Positions 48,188 to 58,544 of a stretch of 64,000 bases of DNA are shown here, in pieces (the stretch's first letter is position 1; every line of letters begins with the position of its first letter). Origin of the DNA: Bdellovibrionota bacterium (GTDB lineage: Bacteria > Bdellovibrionota_C > UBA2361 > JBGSMV01). The position numbers and the translations under genes are program-made. The DNA is taken from positions 3,972 to 67,971 of the forward strand of contig JBGSMV010000047.1 of NCBI GenBank assembly GCA_041739995.1. The letters are read 5' to 3'. Below the pieces are notes generated by a model, which saw only the letters and a list, made by a program, of their open reading frames with translations, did not search any database and was not told the DNA's origin.

Positions 48188-48236
48188 ATCTGGCTCAAAA
48201 ACTTTACTTTCGCTTTGTTACCTCTAAGGCAACGAC

Positions 48237-49124
48237 TCAAACTGATAGCTCCATGCCAGCAAGACGTTGCGCATGCAGACAAATCAATCTTGGATCCACC
48301 GACTTTAACAACAATAGGCTGGCTCCCGACCGAAGTGCTCGCAACTCAAGTTCGATATCAGCATCTGACGTTAGCATCAGTATCGGAATATTTTTCAGGG
48401 CGGGAATCGCTCGAAGCTTACCGAGGAACTCAACCCCATTCATCTTCGGCATGTGAACATCACTGATTATCAACTCAATGGATTCGCCCTGTGAGGCTAG
48501 ATGCTTCCATGCAGCCTCACCGTTTGAGACATGTATCGGCTCGAATCCATGTCGAACGAGAAATCGCGAAACGACGGAAGCAAAGGTTTGATTATCTTCA
48601 ACCAAAAGAACTCTGGAGCGTTTGGTACTTTCATTGTGGGCGTGGAAAGATACTTGGTCAGGCGCTCTTTCAGCACAAACAGGAAGCGCAAAAGAAGCTG
48701 CGCTGCTCACTGTTTCGCTACTCACTGGCTCACTACTCACCGCTTGCGCTGGCGCACTGATCTTAAGCTCGATACTCAAGCTACTCGCTCGTGCCACCAG
48801 AACACCCATTGACTTCCAGTCATTAGTGGAACGAACAAAATGACAGGCGGGGGACAGTGCCTCCCATGCACGCGCGCTGATACTACCAATTGCTGGCGCT
48901 CCGCTACGAGTTTGAAAGCGGTACTCTCCTTTTCTCTTTGAGCGGTTTACCAACTCAAGAGTTCTGGTCTCTCCTGAACGAGACAGGATCACTGAGCAAA
49001 CACCTTCATGAAATAAGCCATGCTCAACTGCCTCTTCTCGAATGACCTCAATGACGCGCGTCACCAGTGGATCAGACGCGAGTGCGTTAATCTGCGGTGA
49101 TTCTTGTCCCGTTTCGCTGCTCAT
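48237..49124 (-). CDS. response regulator with C-terminal receiver domain and an unrecognised ~160-aa N-terminal domain
   Basis: C-terminal REC domain (RVLLVEDNQTF...ISDVHMPKMNG...LMLTSD). The start overlaps the upstream TadE-like gene. Confidence 0.5.
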   Translation of the reverse strand: MSSETGQESPQINALASDPLVTRVIEVIREEAVEHGLFHEGVCSVILSRSGETRTLELVNRSKRKGEYRFQTRSGAPAIGSISARAWEALSPACHFVRSTNDWKSMGVLVARASSLSIELKISAPAQAVSSEPVSSETVSSAASFALPVCAERAPDQVSFHAHNESTKRSRVLLVEDNQTFASVVSRFLVRHGFEPIHVSNGEAAWKHLASQGESIELIISDVHMPKMNGVEFLGKLRAIPALKNIPILMLTSDADIELELRALRSGASLLLLKSVDPRLICLHAQRLAGMELSV

Positions 49125-49813
49125 ACGCCTCCAAACTCCCCTCGAAGCGGTATAACCTTCCAGTCAAAGACCATATCGTGGTCCACCAATCCGAGTGTCG
49201 AGAGCGCCCCAGCGGTCGGGGAATTTTCAAGCGAGACAAACACCCTAATTCCAAGCAGGACCGCGAGCGGTATGTAGGCCTCTTCGGCGCCAGGAGCGCC
49301 CGGAAGCGGAAATGCGTACATGCTTGATGAGCCAGGCTGCCCCGCCAATCGCTCAAACTCTTTCTGAAGTGAAGTCTTCTGGTTTAACTCTGCCGATATC
49401 GGAAGGTCGCCTCTTCTAAACGACAAAGATGGCCTGACTAAAACTCTTTGCACCGCCCCGTCTCTAGGTGACAAATCTAAGACCGCAACTTCGACCTCGA
49501 TACGATACTCTCTGGCAGAGGCTGAAGTTGTTTCCTCAAGCTGAATTCGGGCTCGATCAATTAGTCTTTCAACCCCCGACCTCAAAGCAGATTCATTCAC
49601 CTCGATTGACCCATCATCACGCAGCACTAGCGATGTCAGCGCATGGTCATAGCTCGCAAGGTCCGCAACCCTACTCACCTGGTAGCTAGACAGCAGAAGG
49701 TCTCCCACTCCAACCGCACCAATCAAGACACTGAGTGAAATGAGCAGCACGACGGCCAGCTCAAACATGCTTGTTCCGGCAGAGGCTCTGCTATGAAATC
49801 TGACGGACGTCAT
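49121..49813 (-). CDS. TadE-like pilus assembly/pseudopilin protein
   Basis: N-terminal TadE-type hydrophobic segment (GTSMFELAVVLLISLSVLIGAV) and its position in the Tad operon. Confidence 0.45.
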   Translation of the reverse strand: MTSVRFHSRASAGTSMFELAVVLLISLSVLIGAVGVGDLLLSSYQVSRVADLASYDHALTSLVLRDDGSIEVNESALRSGVERLIDRARIQLEETTSASAREYRIEVEVAVLDLSPRDGAVQRVLVRPSLSFRRGDLPISAELNQKTSLQKEFERLAGQPGSSSMYAFPLPGAPGAEEAYIPLAVLLGIRVFVSLENSPTAGALSTLGLVDHDMVFDWKVIPLRGEFGGV

Positions 49814-51306
49814 TTTGCAAGCACCGCCTGTCGTCCACTCAAAGCAATCGCGCTGCTCACTTTACGAAGCGCCTCTTCGGGCGACTCAACAAACATGGCG
49901 CGTAAGCTTAAATTCGGCAGCGCTCCCCCAGTGAGGACTCCTTGCGATACCTCAAAAAAGAGTTGCTCCAGCTCTGACTTCTGCGCCAGAACACCGGCAC
50001 GAAATATCTCATCAAGCAGCACCACATAAAAAAGTTGAACTCTGCGCGTAGGGTTGCTGAGCGCGAGAGCGCGGTAGCCCATCAATGCTTCCCGAAGTTG
50101 ATCGGAGACTCTCGAGTCGTCACCAAATTTTCTAAACTCTGCATTCACGACAGCCCAAGGAAGATCGGGGGAGAACACCACCGCAATATGATCGGTATGG
50201 TTCGAGAGTCCGCCTCTTCCATTCTGAACTAAAGGAGTGATGCGCGATTTTAATTCATGCAGCACGATATCGATTTGAGGTGGATCAGTATGGGCGACTG
50301 CGGACCAGAGCGCTTCAGATGCCCGTAGTTGCCCGAGGTATGACGGATTGAGTCGGGCATCTGAAGTCACCACAAGACCCGCTTCACCGGGCGGATTGAA
50401 GTGGGAGGGGATGCCTGAGAGGCCTGCAGGAAAGCCAAACTCCTCAAGAGCTACTCTTTCAAACTGTGCAGCTGCCGCACACCACTCTGCATCGCCCAGC
50501 GTGCGGTGATACTCAGGAAAGATTCCTTCGGCTTCACCCGCGCCCACAATATCTTGAACAATCCCGGGTCTGCGCACATCACGAATCGCGAACTGAGAAG
50601 GGAACACTCCCATTCCCACACTGTTCAATCGAGAGCCAGCTAAATAGTCGTGTAAACCCAGCGCCGTTCGCTTCAATGTCGAGAACACTCTGTTGAAGCA
50701 CTGTGAGGTTAGATATCTGGAATCATTGGGTATTTCTGGGTAAATGGCCGGAAAGTCATAAGAGAAAAAGGTCGAATGCAGGCCGCTCTGAAGAAATAGA
50801 TCTGTTTCGGCAGGAACTCTAGGGGCAACGTTTCTAGAAATGTCTACCGCAATGTAGGCGTCAATCGGATCAACTCGAGCCGTTGAAAACGCCGTAAACG
50901 GAACTGCCACTCCAGGAAGAAAAAACTGGGCGAAGGTAAGTGGGGTCGAGCTCGCTAATTCTAAAGTTACCAAATCACTATCAATTCGAATATTTGCGGC
51001 TTCAGTCAACTCTCCAAACCGAGAGAGATACATTTGCGCAGCATTACGCGCCCGTGTCACATCAGGAAGCAATCGAGCTGCGTGCAACACTGCTTCATCC
51101 ACCGCAAGCTGGGCTCGCTGTTGCTCTCTATAATAACTGCTTAGGTCCAAAAACAGAGAGAACAGCAAAAAAAACAACGGCACAAAGAGCGCACCGAACA
51201 TAATCGCCGTGCTACCACTCTCTCGAGCTCTTCGGGTGCGCGCCTTCAAGCACAGCGCCACTCGCTCCTCATTTGGCTCCTCGAATGTAAAACTACCGAC
51301 TCTCAT
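49810..51306 (-). CDS. TadG-like (TadE/G-family N-terminus) large Tad pilus-associated protein
   Basis: The N-terminal GSTAIMFGALFVPLFFLLFSLF segment, a ~400-aa extracytoplasmic body, and the gene's place between tadC and tadE. Confidence 0.4.
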   Translation of the reverse strand: MRVGSFTFEEPNEERVALCLKARTRRARESGSTAIMFGALFVPLFFLLFSLFLDLSSYYREQQRAQLAVDEAVLHAARLLPDVTRARNAAQMYLSRFGELTEAANIRIDSDLVTLELASSTPLTFAQFFLPGVAVPFTAFSTARVDPIDAYIAVDISRNVAPRVPAETDLFLQSGLHSTFFSYDFPAIYPEIPNDSRYLTSQCFNRVFSTLKRTALGLHDYLAGSRLNSVGMGVFPSQFAIRDVRRPGIVQDIVGAGEAEGIFPEYHRTLGDAEWCAAAAQFERVALEEFGFPAGLSGIPSHFNPPGEAGLVVTSDARLNPSYLGQLRASEALWSAVAHTDPPQIDIVLHELKSRITPLVQNGRGGLSNHTDHIAVVFSPDLPWAVVNAEFRKFGDDSRVSDQLREALMGYRALALSNPTRRVQLFYVVLLDEIFRAGVLAQKSELEQLFFEVSQGVLTGGALPNLSLRAMFVESPEEALRKVSSAIALSGRQAVLAK

Positions 51307-51315
51307 TCCAATATC

Positions 51316-52260
51316 CTATTTCGGCATCGCTTCTGACATCATGCCAAGCACCTGCATTAACGGCGCGGTGATGAAGAACAAAATAAGGCCTGCAAAAGTA
51401 CTAAGCAGAGGCAGTGTGGCCCGCACTGGCATGGTTGCTATCTCTTCTTCTACTTGCTCTTGAAAATATAGCTGCGTGGCGTCGCTCAACTCTCGAAGTG
51501 GCTTCACCACTTCACCGCCCTCTTGGGTTGCGACCGAGAGATGCACAAAGGCATGTTTTAATGCTGAGGAATGTACTCCGGCGGCCACATCCTTCAGCGC
51601 ATCCTCAAATCGCCGGCCACTCTCAACAAGCGTAACCACTAATTCCAGAAGTTTGGTGACAGGATCTATCCTGCTCGAAACTCGCGAATCTTTGAGCTCC
51701 GTGTCACCTACCTCAATCTCAACCACGCGCTTGATCGCGGGAAATACGTCGATTCCTGCCTCCACCGCCATGACAATTCTCTCCATCACTATCGGCAGAA
51801 AAAAATCAATCTCCTTAGTCACTGCTGCGCTTGCTCGGCGAACCATGGCGCCCTCGATCAAAAGTGCCATTGACGGAACAAGCACCGCCACTGCAACAAG
51901 AAAACCCCAAGAGCGCCCCATACCAAAGGCCAGCAAACACGCAAGCACTACCGCAGCGGACATTCGCACCATCAGTTTTGCTCCAATAATGGACTGAGTG
52001 CGGTAGCCAACTAACACATCATCGGCAAGAGATCGGCTCGCGCCCTTAAGTTCCTTACTACTTGCGCTCCTCACTTCACTGCCCTCTCCATTCGCATCTC
52101 CTGCTCGGTCGCCCGATAAGGTGCGTACTCGGCTATCCTCGTCGGCTCCACGAAGCACGAATGCAGAGCGAACCCCCCAACAAGTCAGGATCACCCCAAG
52201 CACCATGCCGATTACAGACATGACCTGAGCGAGAGATTGTTGGCCCAAAAGAGTTTCCAT
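51316..52260 (-). CDS. tadC: Tad pilus inner-membrane platform protein (T2SS-F family)
   Basis: GspF/TadC-like polytopic membrane protein with characteristic cytoplasmic helical domains. Confidence 0.5.
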   Translation of the reverse strand: METLLGQQSLAQVMSVIGMVLGVILTCWGVRSAFVLRGADEDSRVRTLSGDRAGDANGEGSEVRSASSKELKGASRSLADDVLVGYRTQSIIGAKLMVRMSAAVVLACLLAFGMGRSWGFLVAVAVLVPSMALLIEGAMVRRASAAVTKEIDFFLPIVMERIVMAVEAGIDVFPAIKRVVEIEVGDTELKDSRVSSRIDPVTKLLELVVTLVESGRRFEDALKDVAAGVHSSALKHAFVHLSVATQEGGEVVKPLRELSDATQLYFQEQVEEEIATMPVRATLPLLSTFAGLILFFITAPLMQVLGMMSEAMPK

Positions 52261-52262
52261 AC

Positions 52263-53204
52263 TTAAATTCTCGCGCGAGTCATGCGAAACATTCCTACAA
52301 GACCAAGCATCATCAAAATTCCAGCTGCCACTAACATTCGAAATCCGAGCGGGTGAGCGGTTGCCATATACAGTGCCTTGTTATTCACCACCGCTTGAAA
52401 GAGAACGATCAATAACGCACATCCCGCAATTCCGATGGAAGACAGCTTCTGCATGGCAATCGAGGCGCGCATTCTTCTTCTGAATGACTGGCGATTCCTG
52501 GTAACTCGCGCGAGGCGATGTAGGCACTTTGCAAGCGAGGAGCCTTCTTTCCGAGCAAGAAGAAAGGCTGTTCGAAACAGAGGAATGTCTGGGTGGTTTA
52601 TGGTCTCGCCAAACCGTCGAAGCGCCAACTCTTCACCTTGTCCGGCATTTATCGCGTCGACAAACTTGCGTAACTCCTTGCCAAGCTCTGACTCCTGCGA
52701 AAACAGCTCAGCAGCTTGTTGCAGCGCCACTATCGGATCAAGTCCAGTTCGAATCGAAGACGCGAGTGCGACTAACATTGACGGATAATCGCGCTCAAAT
52801 CGCTCCGCTCGTCGAAACACTGCGCGACGTAGCCAACACATAGCGGCGAAGATAACTGCAGGAATGGCCAACAACGGCAGCCCTGTTCTTAACCCCGCAG
52901 CGATAAGAATCGAAGTGAGTACGACACACAGCACTATCGTGCTTAACGCTTTTAGCTCGACGCGAGATACTTCTGCCTGCGTCGTGAGCCGTAGTAACTC
53001 CCGTCTTATCTGATTTTTGACTCCCGTTTCGGCCGATGAATCAGCCTCTTCAACGCCTCCCGTCGCTCTGCTTCCCATCGATTTGTCCGAGACATTTCGT
53101 CCCTCGCCGCGAGACTCTCCTGATAGAGCGCCGCCCGCATGCCCCATAACGCGGTGAGCCCGGTCACGTTGTGCCTTTTCTCCTACGGCCCAGCTCATCG
53201 CCAT
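52263..53204 (-). CDS. tadB: Tad pilus inner-membrane platform protein (T2SS-F family)
   Basis: Paralogous to the tadC gene, separated from it by a 2-nt gap, with a T2SS-F-type architecture. Confidence 0.5.
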   Translation of the reverse strand: MAMSWAVGEKAQRDRAHRVMGHAGGALSGESRGEGRNVSDKSMGSRATGGVEEADSSAETGVKNQIRRELLRLTTQAEVSRVELKALSTIVLCVVLTSILIAAGLRTGLPLLAIPAVIFAAMCWLRRAVFRRAERFERDYPSMLVALASSIRTGLDPIVALQQAAELFSQESELGKELRKFVDAINAGQGEELALRRFGETINHPDIPLFRTAFLLARKEGSSLAKCLHRLARVTRNRQSFRRRMRASIAMQKLSSIGIAGCALLIVLFQAVVNNKALYMATAHPLGFRMLVAAGILMMLGLVGMFRMTRARI

Positions 53205-53206
53205 AC

Positions 53207-54619
53207 TTATGACCCTCTATACATTGCGCCGGCAGAGTTCCGCTGACGCAGAGACTCGGCCAGCACGACTTGATCGGGCAGCTCCAGAGAGCTTGGTAGA
53301 GAAGAGAGAATTACAGGCTGGTCCAAGATCTCAAGCGCTTCGCTGTGTGCGCTCGATTTAGTCACTACACGCCAGGAGGGAACAGAATCGTTTGGTGCGT
53401 AGCGAAACATCTCTCGCACTCGCAGCACACCATCTGCCACCGGTCCGATCTCGCACACTTCCTGAATTCGCCTCTCTCCGGACATTGCACACACTCCAAG
53501 GTGAACCACGACCTGAACCGCCGTGGCGATCTGTTCGGTAAGTACCTGTCGTTCTACTCCGCGCTGGGCTCTGCCGAGAAAAAGTTCAAGCCGCACTACC
53601 GCTTCTGAAGCACTGCGTGCATGTATCGTCGAAAGTCCGGGGTGTCCTGACACGCACACATCAATGAACGCTTCAGCAGCTTCTGCGTCTCGCATCTCAC
53701 CAAAAATGATGCGATTCATAGCCATGCGCATCCCTGCCCGAATGCATTCGCTTGGAGAAAGTCTTCCTGCACCATCGGAGTTCGCTTCACGTGTGGTGAC
53801 ATAACGAACATGCGGATGTTCAAGACGGATTTCCGGAGTGTCTTCGATTACCAATATTGATTCCTCAGCGGGAATACTTCCAGCCAGACCGCGCGCCAAT
53901 GTCGTTTTGCCTGTGCCTACTTCTCCGACAATCAGAAGGGTTCGTCCGGCGCACACCATGCCTCGCAGATAGCCAAGCACCGCATGCGGCGCGAGCCCAC
54001 GCTCCAGCAAGTCTTCCAAAGAAACTCTAGCAAATCGATTCAAGCGAATGGTGAGATAGGGGCCACCTTCACAAACCGAATCGTGCACTGCGTGCACTCG
54101 GGCGAAGGAACCTATCATGCCGTCGGCAATTGGCTTTCTTGTGGAATAAGTCGTCTCAGCACGATAGAGCAGTCGCTCGACGAACGCTTGGTAGGCCTCG
54201 GGGCTTGGAAACTTAAGACTAGTCGCTACATTGTTTCTGCCCTGCTGCACGCAAATCCGTCTGTGGCCGGACACAATGATGTCCGAAACAGTCGGGTCAT
54301 CGACAAGTTGCTGAAGAATTCCAAAAGGCTTCTGGTCGCGCTCAAGCAATGAAATGACTTGATCTCGCTCAAAACTTGAGAGATCAAAACCAAGACGCTG
54401 AGCAACTTCTTGAACTTTCCACTCTAGTTCCTGAGGACTAAAAGGCGCTTCACTGTCGCTTTGTGCCCGGCTGAGTCCAAGCTCGCGCTGCACTTCTTCT
54501 AATATATATGTCAGTGCCGGAGATAATTGGGATTGGGCCGATTTTTCCATAGCCCCCTGCCCCGCAGGAAGCAGTCGAAGGGCGCCCGCGGATTCTGGTT
54601 GGGGGAGAAGCTTTCTCAT
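53207..54619 (-). CDS. cpaF: Tad pilus assembly ATPase CpaF/TadA (VirB11-like secretion ATPase)
   Basis: Walker A LIVGEVGTGKTTLARGL, Asp box, Walker B and His box (TIHARSASEA), with an N-terminal forkhead-associated-like region. Confidence 0.75.
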   Translation of the reverse strand: MRKLLPQPESAGALRLLPAGQGAMEKSAQSQLSPALTYILEEVQRELGLSRAQSDSEAPFSPQELEWKVQEVAQRLGFDLSSFERDQVISLLERDQKPFGILQQLVDDPTVSDIIVSGHRRICVQQGRNNVATSLKFPSPEAYQAFVERLLYRAETTYSTRKPIADGMIGSFARVHAVHDSVCEGGPYLTIRLNRFARVSLEDLLERGLAPHAVLGYLRGMVCAGRTLLIVGEVGTGKTTLARGLAGSIPAEESILVIEDTPEIRLEHPHVRYVTTREANSDGAGRLSPSECIRAGMRMAMNRIIFGEMRDAEAAEAFIDVCVSGHPGLSTIHARSASEAVVRLELFLGRAQRGVERQVLTEQIATAVQVVVHLGVCAMSGERRIQEVCEIGPVADGVLRVREMFRYAPNDSVPSWRVVTKSSAHSEALEILDQPVILSSLPSSLELPDQVVLAESLRQRNSAGAMYRGS

Positions 54620-55527
54620 CGCTCCTCACCAATTAGCGTACCTTGGGGAATCACTTCAGTTCGAATCCATTTTCCCCGTGAAAGTGCAAATGAACGAACG
54701 CCCGCATCATCTTGATAAGACACAAAGCCATTGATGCCGTCCCCTTCCCCGTTGCGGCCGTCACGTGCCGTAGTGTTATCTAACTGCTGGGCGGTAAAAC
54801 TAACGTCACTCCAGTTCTCCTCATCGCGGCTTCCACGCAGCGCGAAAGCAATACGACCACGAGGAATTGCGGTATTAATTGCTAAGCATTGGTCTTGAGT
54901 AACGAGAATGGTCACCGTGCTTGGCACACTCGGCGCAGACTGGCCTTCGACAGGAAGTACCGAGCGTTCCGCTGAAAGAATCTTTACTCGCTCAGCGACT
55001 ACGCTGGTTCTATCTCTTTCGATCAACAAGACATCGACTATCGATCCAGAGCCTGCCCAACCTTCCACTGCGGCTGTGGCATCCACGCGTATCGTCATGG
55101 CTCTCATACCTGACGGAATGCTGTCGAGTACTGGATTTGAGCCAGAAGCATTGAGCGAAAAATTCTTCGGAAACATCGGAAGACCGGCCGGCAATGACGC
55201 CACCGTAACCGATTCAGCATAGTGCTCAACGTCCAAGATACTGTCTGCCGGAACCTGATGCTTAGGAAACGAAACCTTCCGCAATCGGACATCCCGCATG
55301 CGAACTCCGGAAGCGACTGGGTCAACCGGTACCGGCACTGACACGGTATCAAACTCAGCGACCACCGGTGCAAGCACCGGGGCCGCCGCATTCCCGCCCG
55401 CACGCGACAATATTGTCGCCGCGGCCACCAAGCACACACCAATTACGGCACTTGCCGCAAAAGCGGAGCTGCCTCTGCTCTTACGACTAGGAATTGATTG
55501 TGAACGCCTTGGCATGTGAATCCTCAA
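54616..55527 (-). CDS. cpaB: Flp pilus assembly protein CpaB (RcpC family)
   Basis: N-terminal TM anchor followed by SAF/beta-clip domain blocks (GMRAMTIRVD, GSGSIVDVLL, TVTILVTQDQCLAINTAIPRGRIAFALR). Confidence 0.6.
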   Translation of the reverse strand: MRIHMPRRSQSIPSRKSRGSSAFAASAVIGVCLVAAATILSRAGGNAAAPVLAPVVAEFDTVSVPVPVDPVASGVRMRDVRLRKVSFPKHQVPADSILDVEHYAESVTVASLPAGLPMFPKNFSLNASGSNPVLDSIPSGMRAMTIRVDATAAVEGWAGSGSIVDVLLIERDRTSVVAERVKILSAERSVLPVEGQSAPSVPSTVTILVTQDQCLAINTAIPRGRIAFALRGSRDEENWSDVSFTAQQLDNTTARDGRNGEGDGINGFVSYQDDAGVRSFALSRGKWIRTEVIPQGTLIGEER

Positions 55528-55562
55528 AGATGGGTGGCACGGGCTTGGAGTTTGGCTCTCGA

Positions 55563-55781
55563 TTACTGTGAACTGCTGCCGTCGATTTCACCGGCACGAG
55601 TCGTTGCCCAGTTACCAATCGAATTCAGAAGTACCTCTATATTCTCTCCCATCAGCGTAAGGGCGCCCCAAATCGTTACCAAGATCACCGCGGCTCCAGC
55701 GCAGTACTCGAGTAGCGAGAACCCTCTCTCTCCTCGACCAGTTCGCTTTGACTTTGCCTTGATGGTTGCTGTGCTTTTCAT
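55563..55781 (-). CDS. flp: Flp-family type IVb pilin precursor
   Basis: Basic leader then the Flp motif G/FSLLEY (Gly, four residues, then Glu-Tyr) followed by a hydrophobic helix. GGAG sits 6 nt upstream of the ATG. Confidence 0.55.
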   Translation of the reverse strand: MKSTATIKAKSKRTGRGERGFSLLEYCAGAAVILVTIWGALTLMGENIEVLLNSIGNWATTRAGEIDGSSSQ

Positions 55782-55846
55782 ATGTTTTCTCCGTAATAAA
55801 TCGTTACCGCTTCAAAGACCTTCTTTGGCTCTCTATTCTCAATGCA

Positions 55847-57421
55847 TTAGGAGGCGATTTTTACTCGCGAAACGAGCTCGTCCTTTTCGACTAGCACCTC
55901 ATCCGTTTTGGGCGGTACTTGCGTCTTAGACTCAGAGATCAATGCGAGCCGCGCGCCTTCTGCCGGGGCACTCGAAGACGTCAGCGCCTTTCTCGCTTCC
56001 AGCGGCAAGCGGCCAGCTATTCCCGAGCCTCGCGCGTCGTGGCTTAAGGTTCGGATCGCTGGAGCTTGTTTATCCGCTACCACTGCATTCCCTGAAATCC
56101 AGCGCGAAACAAGCGCTTTTACTGCACTGACTCCTAACGAACTGACCCCTACAACATTGGCCTTAGGAGTGGCTTCAGGTGCAGCGGCTACAGTCCCGTC
56201 CACTATCAACTGCTGGGCGATACGTTTGATCGTTCTATTCACTCGCGCAGATGAGACAGAAAGAAGTGTTCCTCCTGAGGCGGGCCAACAAGAGCCCTTT
56301 CGACAGAACGGAATCGTACAAGACATCCAATCAGAAGCGTCAACACGAGCGGCTCGGGCAAACTCTTCTCTTAAGAGTTGATTGGACACTCCCGCACTAA
56401 ATGAACCATTTTCGACGATTGAGATGCGTCCATCTGCACCAGCCTGACGACGAATTCTTTCAATGCGATCGATTGACGCAAACAAAGAGGCGGGGTCGTT
56501 GTTCACCACACAGATGACTCGATCGGCTATGCGATACAACACATCTCTAAAGATCCCTCTAAGAGATCCGACGTCTACCAAAACAATATCGCTGCCAAGC
56601 TCGAGAGTTTCAAAAAAGCTGGCAAGCACTCGCCCCTGCCGGGCGGTGGGCGCCCAAAGGTCTTCGGTCTCTGGAGGCGGAGGAACTATTCTTAAGCCAG
56701 GTGCGTCACCCCACACCGCTGTCGAACAATGGTCCACGTATTCTTTGGTGATGGGCCTTTGCTCATCCAGAATTAGACGAAGGTTTTCATTGACGAAGGG
56801 CTTCGCTTGAAGAAATCGGGAAAGGTCTTGGCTTTCGAAGTCACCATCAACCAACGTGACCGACTTTCCAAGTTCAACCAACGCTTCGCCCAGAGCGGCA
56901 GTTAGTGAGGTAATCCCCACTCCACCCTTTGCACCGTCCAGAAGTATGAGGTGCCCACTTGCACGCGCTGGCGCTCTCCTGGAAAGCAGCAAGAGCTTAC
57001 GCACAAACTCGTCCGAAGAAGTCTCTTCAAAAAGCACATCATCAGCACCAAGCCGTGCGAGTTGCTCAATTACGCCAAGCGATCGAAACTCTGTGGTAAG
57101 TGAGACGAGGATAGAGGCATGCGGAAAGAGCGCACGAACTCGAGAAACTTCGAGCAGATCCGATCGCAGCATCTCGGGCCCAAGAATGCAGATATCAGGA
57201 GTTCCATGAAATCTTAGTTCATTGGGCGAAAGCGGCTGGATAGAATAGGTCGGGAGAAGTGGAAACTCTTCGAACTGAGAGCGGACATGCTCTTGAAACC
57301 TCTCGCACAATTGCTGCCTTGAAGCCGCACTCGCGTCTACTACAACAATCTGGAGCATTACAACTCTCCTCAGGGGTTTCAAATAAATGTGGTCCGCGTC
57401 GTTGCCGTTCCGAAAAACCAC
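55847..57421 (-). CDS. cpaE: TadZ/CpaE-like pilus localisation ATPase (receiver-like N-domain plus MinD/ParA-type ATPase)
   Basis: The N-terminal region is receiver-like (LQIVVVDASAASRQQL). The C-terminal part carries a deviant Walker A (GAKGGVGITSLTAALG) and a DGDF region typical of the MinD/ParA superfamily. Confidence 0.5.
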   Translation of the reverse strand: MVFRNGNDADHIYLKPLRRVVMLQIVVVDASAASRQQLCERFQEHVRSQFEEFPLLPTYSIQPLSPNELRFHGTPDICILGPEMLRSDLLEVSRVRALFPHASILVSLTTEFRSLGVIEQLARLGADDVLFEETSSDEFVRKLLLLSRRAPARASGHLILLDGAKGGVGITSLTAALGEALVELGKSVTLVDGDFESQDLSRFLQAKPFVNENLRLILDEQRPITKEYVDHCSTAVWGDAPGLRIVPPPPETEDLWAPTARQGRVLASFFETLELGSDIVLVDVGSLRGIFRDVLYRIADRVICVVNNDPASLFASIDRIERIRRQAGADGRISIVENGSFSAGVSNQLLREEFARAARVDASDWMSCTIPFCRKGSCWPASGGTLLSVSSARVNRTIKRIAQQLIVDGTVAAAPEATPKANVVGVSSLGVSAVKALVSRWISGNAVVADKQAPAIRTLSHDARGSGIAGRLPLEARKALTSSSAPAEGARLALISESKTQVPPKTDEVLVEKDELVSRVKIAS

Positions 57422-57647
57422 ACTTCATAAGCTCAGGGACACATCCCCGCTTGCTCATGCGGCCCGTTTGCATGCGGATAGTCGGCAATTTGAGAAAAAA
57501 GTTTCCTACGGAGAACCGGCGAGGGGCACAGGCCAGGAGGACTGCTTCCATCTCCCTTGAAACTCAGAGAGAATCGCCGTTAAGCAAGGTAACAGCGACA
57601 AAATCGCTAATCAAAACAATGATTCTATTTCGAACAGATCCCTACTG

Positions 57648-58406
57648 ATGCACACAGAAAAGCGAACAGTGAGCTCACCGAAGTCGTCGCTCAGCATCAG
57701 CCGCGAGTGGCTGCGCGTTTCGTTCTCCAAAAGGTACGATCTTTCTATTCCACTCCGAGGCACATCACTGAGCGATCTTATTTTTGCCTTACTCTACGGT
57801 GTTTTCGACCAAAACGTGTTGGGCCTTCCAATCCATGAGGAGGCCAGCACAGTGCTACTTGATACCAAGGGACGCGATCCGCTCCACGTGCTCGACCCCA
57901 ATTCTCCCTCCCCTGCAATGCACGATGAGCTGCTTTATCTTCGTGGCGTTGTTGTTGATACAGCAAGCGACGGCGAGAAAAACACTCCTGCCCAAGAGCC
58001 CTTTGAAGTTCGGTTAGAAACTCGCTTTTCTGAATTCACTGGGCGCGACCAGATTGCGCACCAAGTTTTTGTTCGCACCACTGGGCCATCAGCCTCATGG
58101 CTCTCCACTCTCTGCGTTGGCAACATCTCGAGAGCCGTTCCACTGCGCATCGATTATCTGCGCATCGGGATAGATCTATTCACTCGAGGAGGTATGTTTG
58201 GCTGGGTTTCTCGCACCCCCACAGTTACCCAAACAATCCTGTTAGAGCTTAGGCCTGATGAGCTTCAGATTCGTATGGTCGCTGAGAAGCTCAAAAATAG
58301 AACGGACCTGCCAATTCAGCGCAAATCAGTGGGCGATGGGCTTCAGCAGGCACTGCTTAAGGAACTACAGTTCGATATTATTTCCGACATAATTTCGAAA
58401 ACTTAG
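57648..58406 (+). CDS. hypothetical protein, divergent from the Tad operon
   Basis: 252-aa ORF with no recognised motif. Confidence 0.25.
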   Translation: MHTEKRTVSSPKSSLSISREWLRVSFSKRYDLSIPLRGTSLSDLIFALLYGVFDQNVLGLPIHEEASTVLLDTKGRDPLHVLDPNSPSPAMHDELLYLRGVVVDTASDGEKNTPAQEPFEVRLETRFSEFTGRDQIAHQVFVRTTGPSASWLSTLCVGNISRAVPLRIDYLRIGIDLFTRGGMFGWVSRTPTVTQTILLELRPDELQIRMVAEKLKNRTDLPIQRKSVGDGLQQALLKELQFDIISDIISKT

Positions 58407-58544
58407 CGTTTAGGCCACTGTTTGCTGGGCTTTTACGGGCACGTGATAGTTTTCTCACTTCGTTGACCCAGTAGCTTAGCTACAAACTCGCGCTATACTC
58501 CCCGCTCCTGTCATGTCAGGGCATTCGAGGAGAAGGGGGAGAAT

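Noticed and set aside
51476-51997. 173-aa Ser/Thr-rich ORF on the + strand.
   Set aside because: It is antisense inside tadC.
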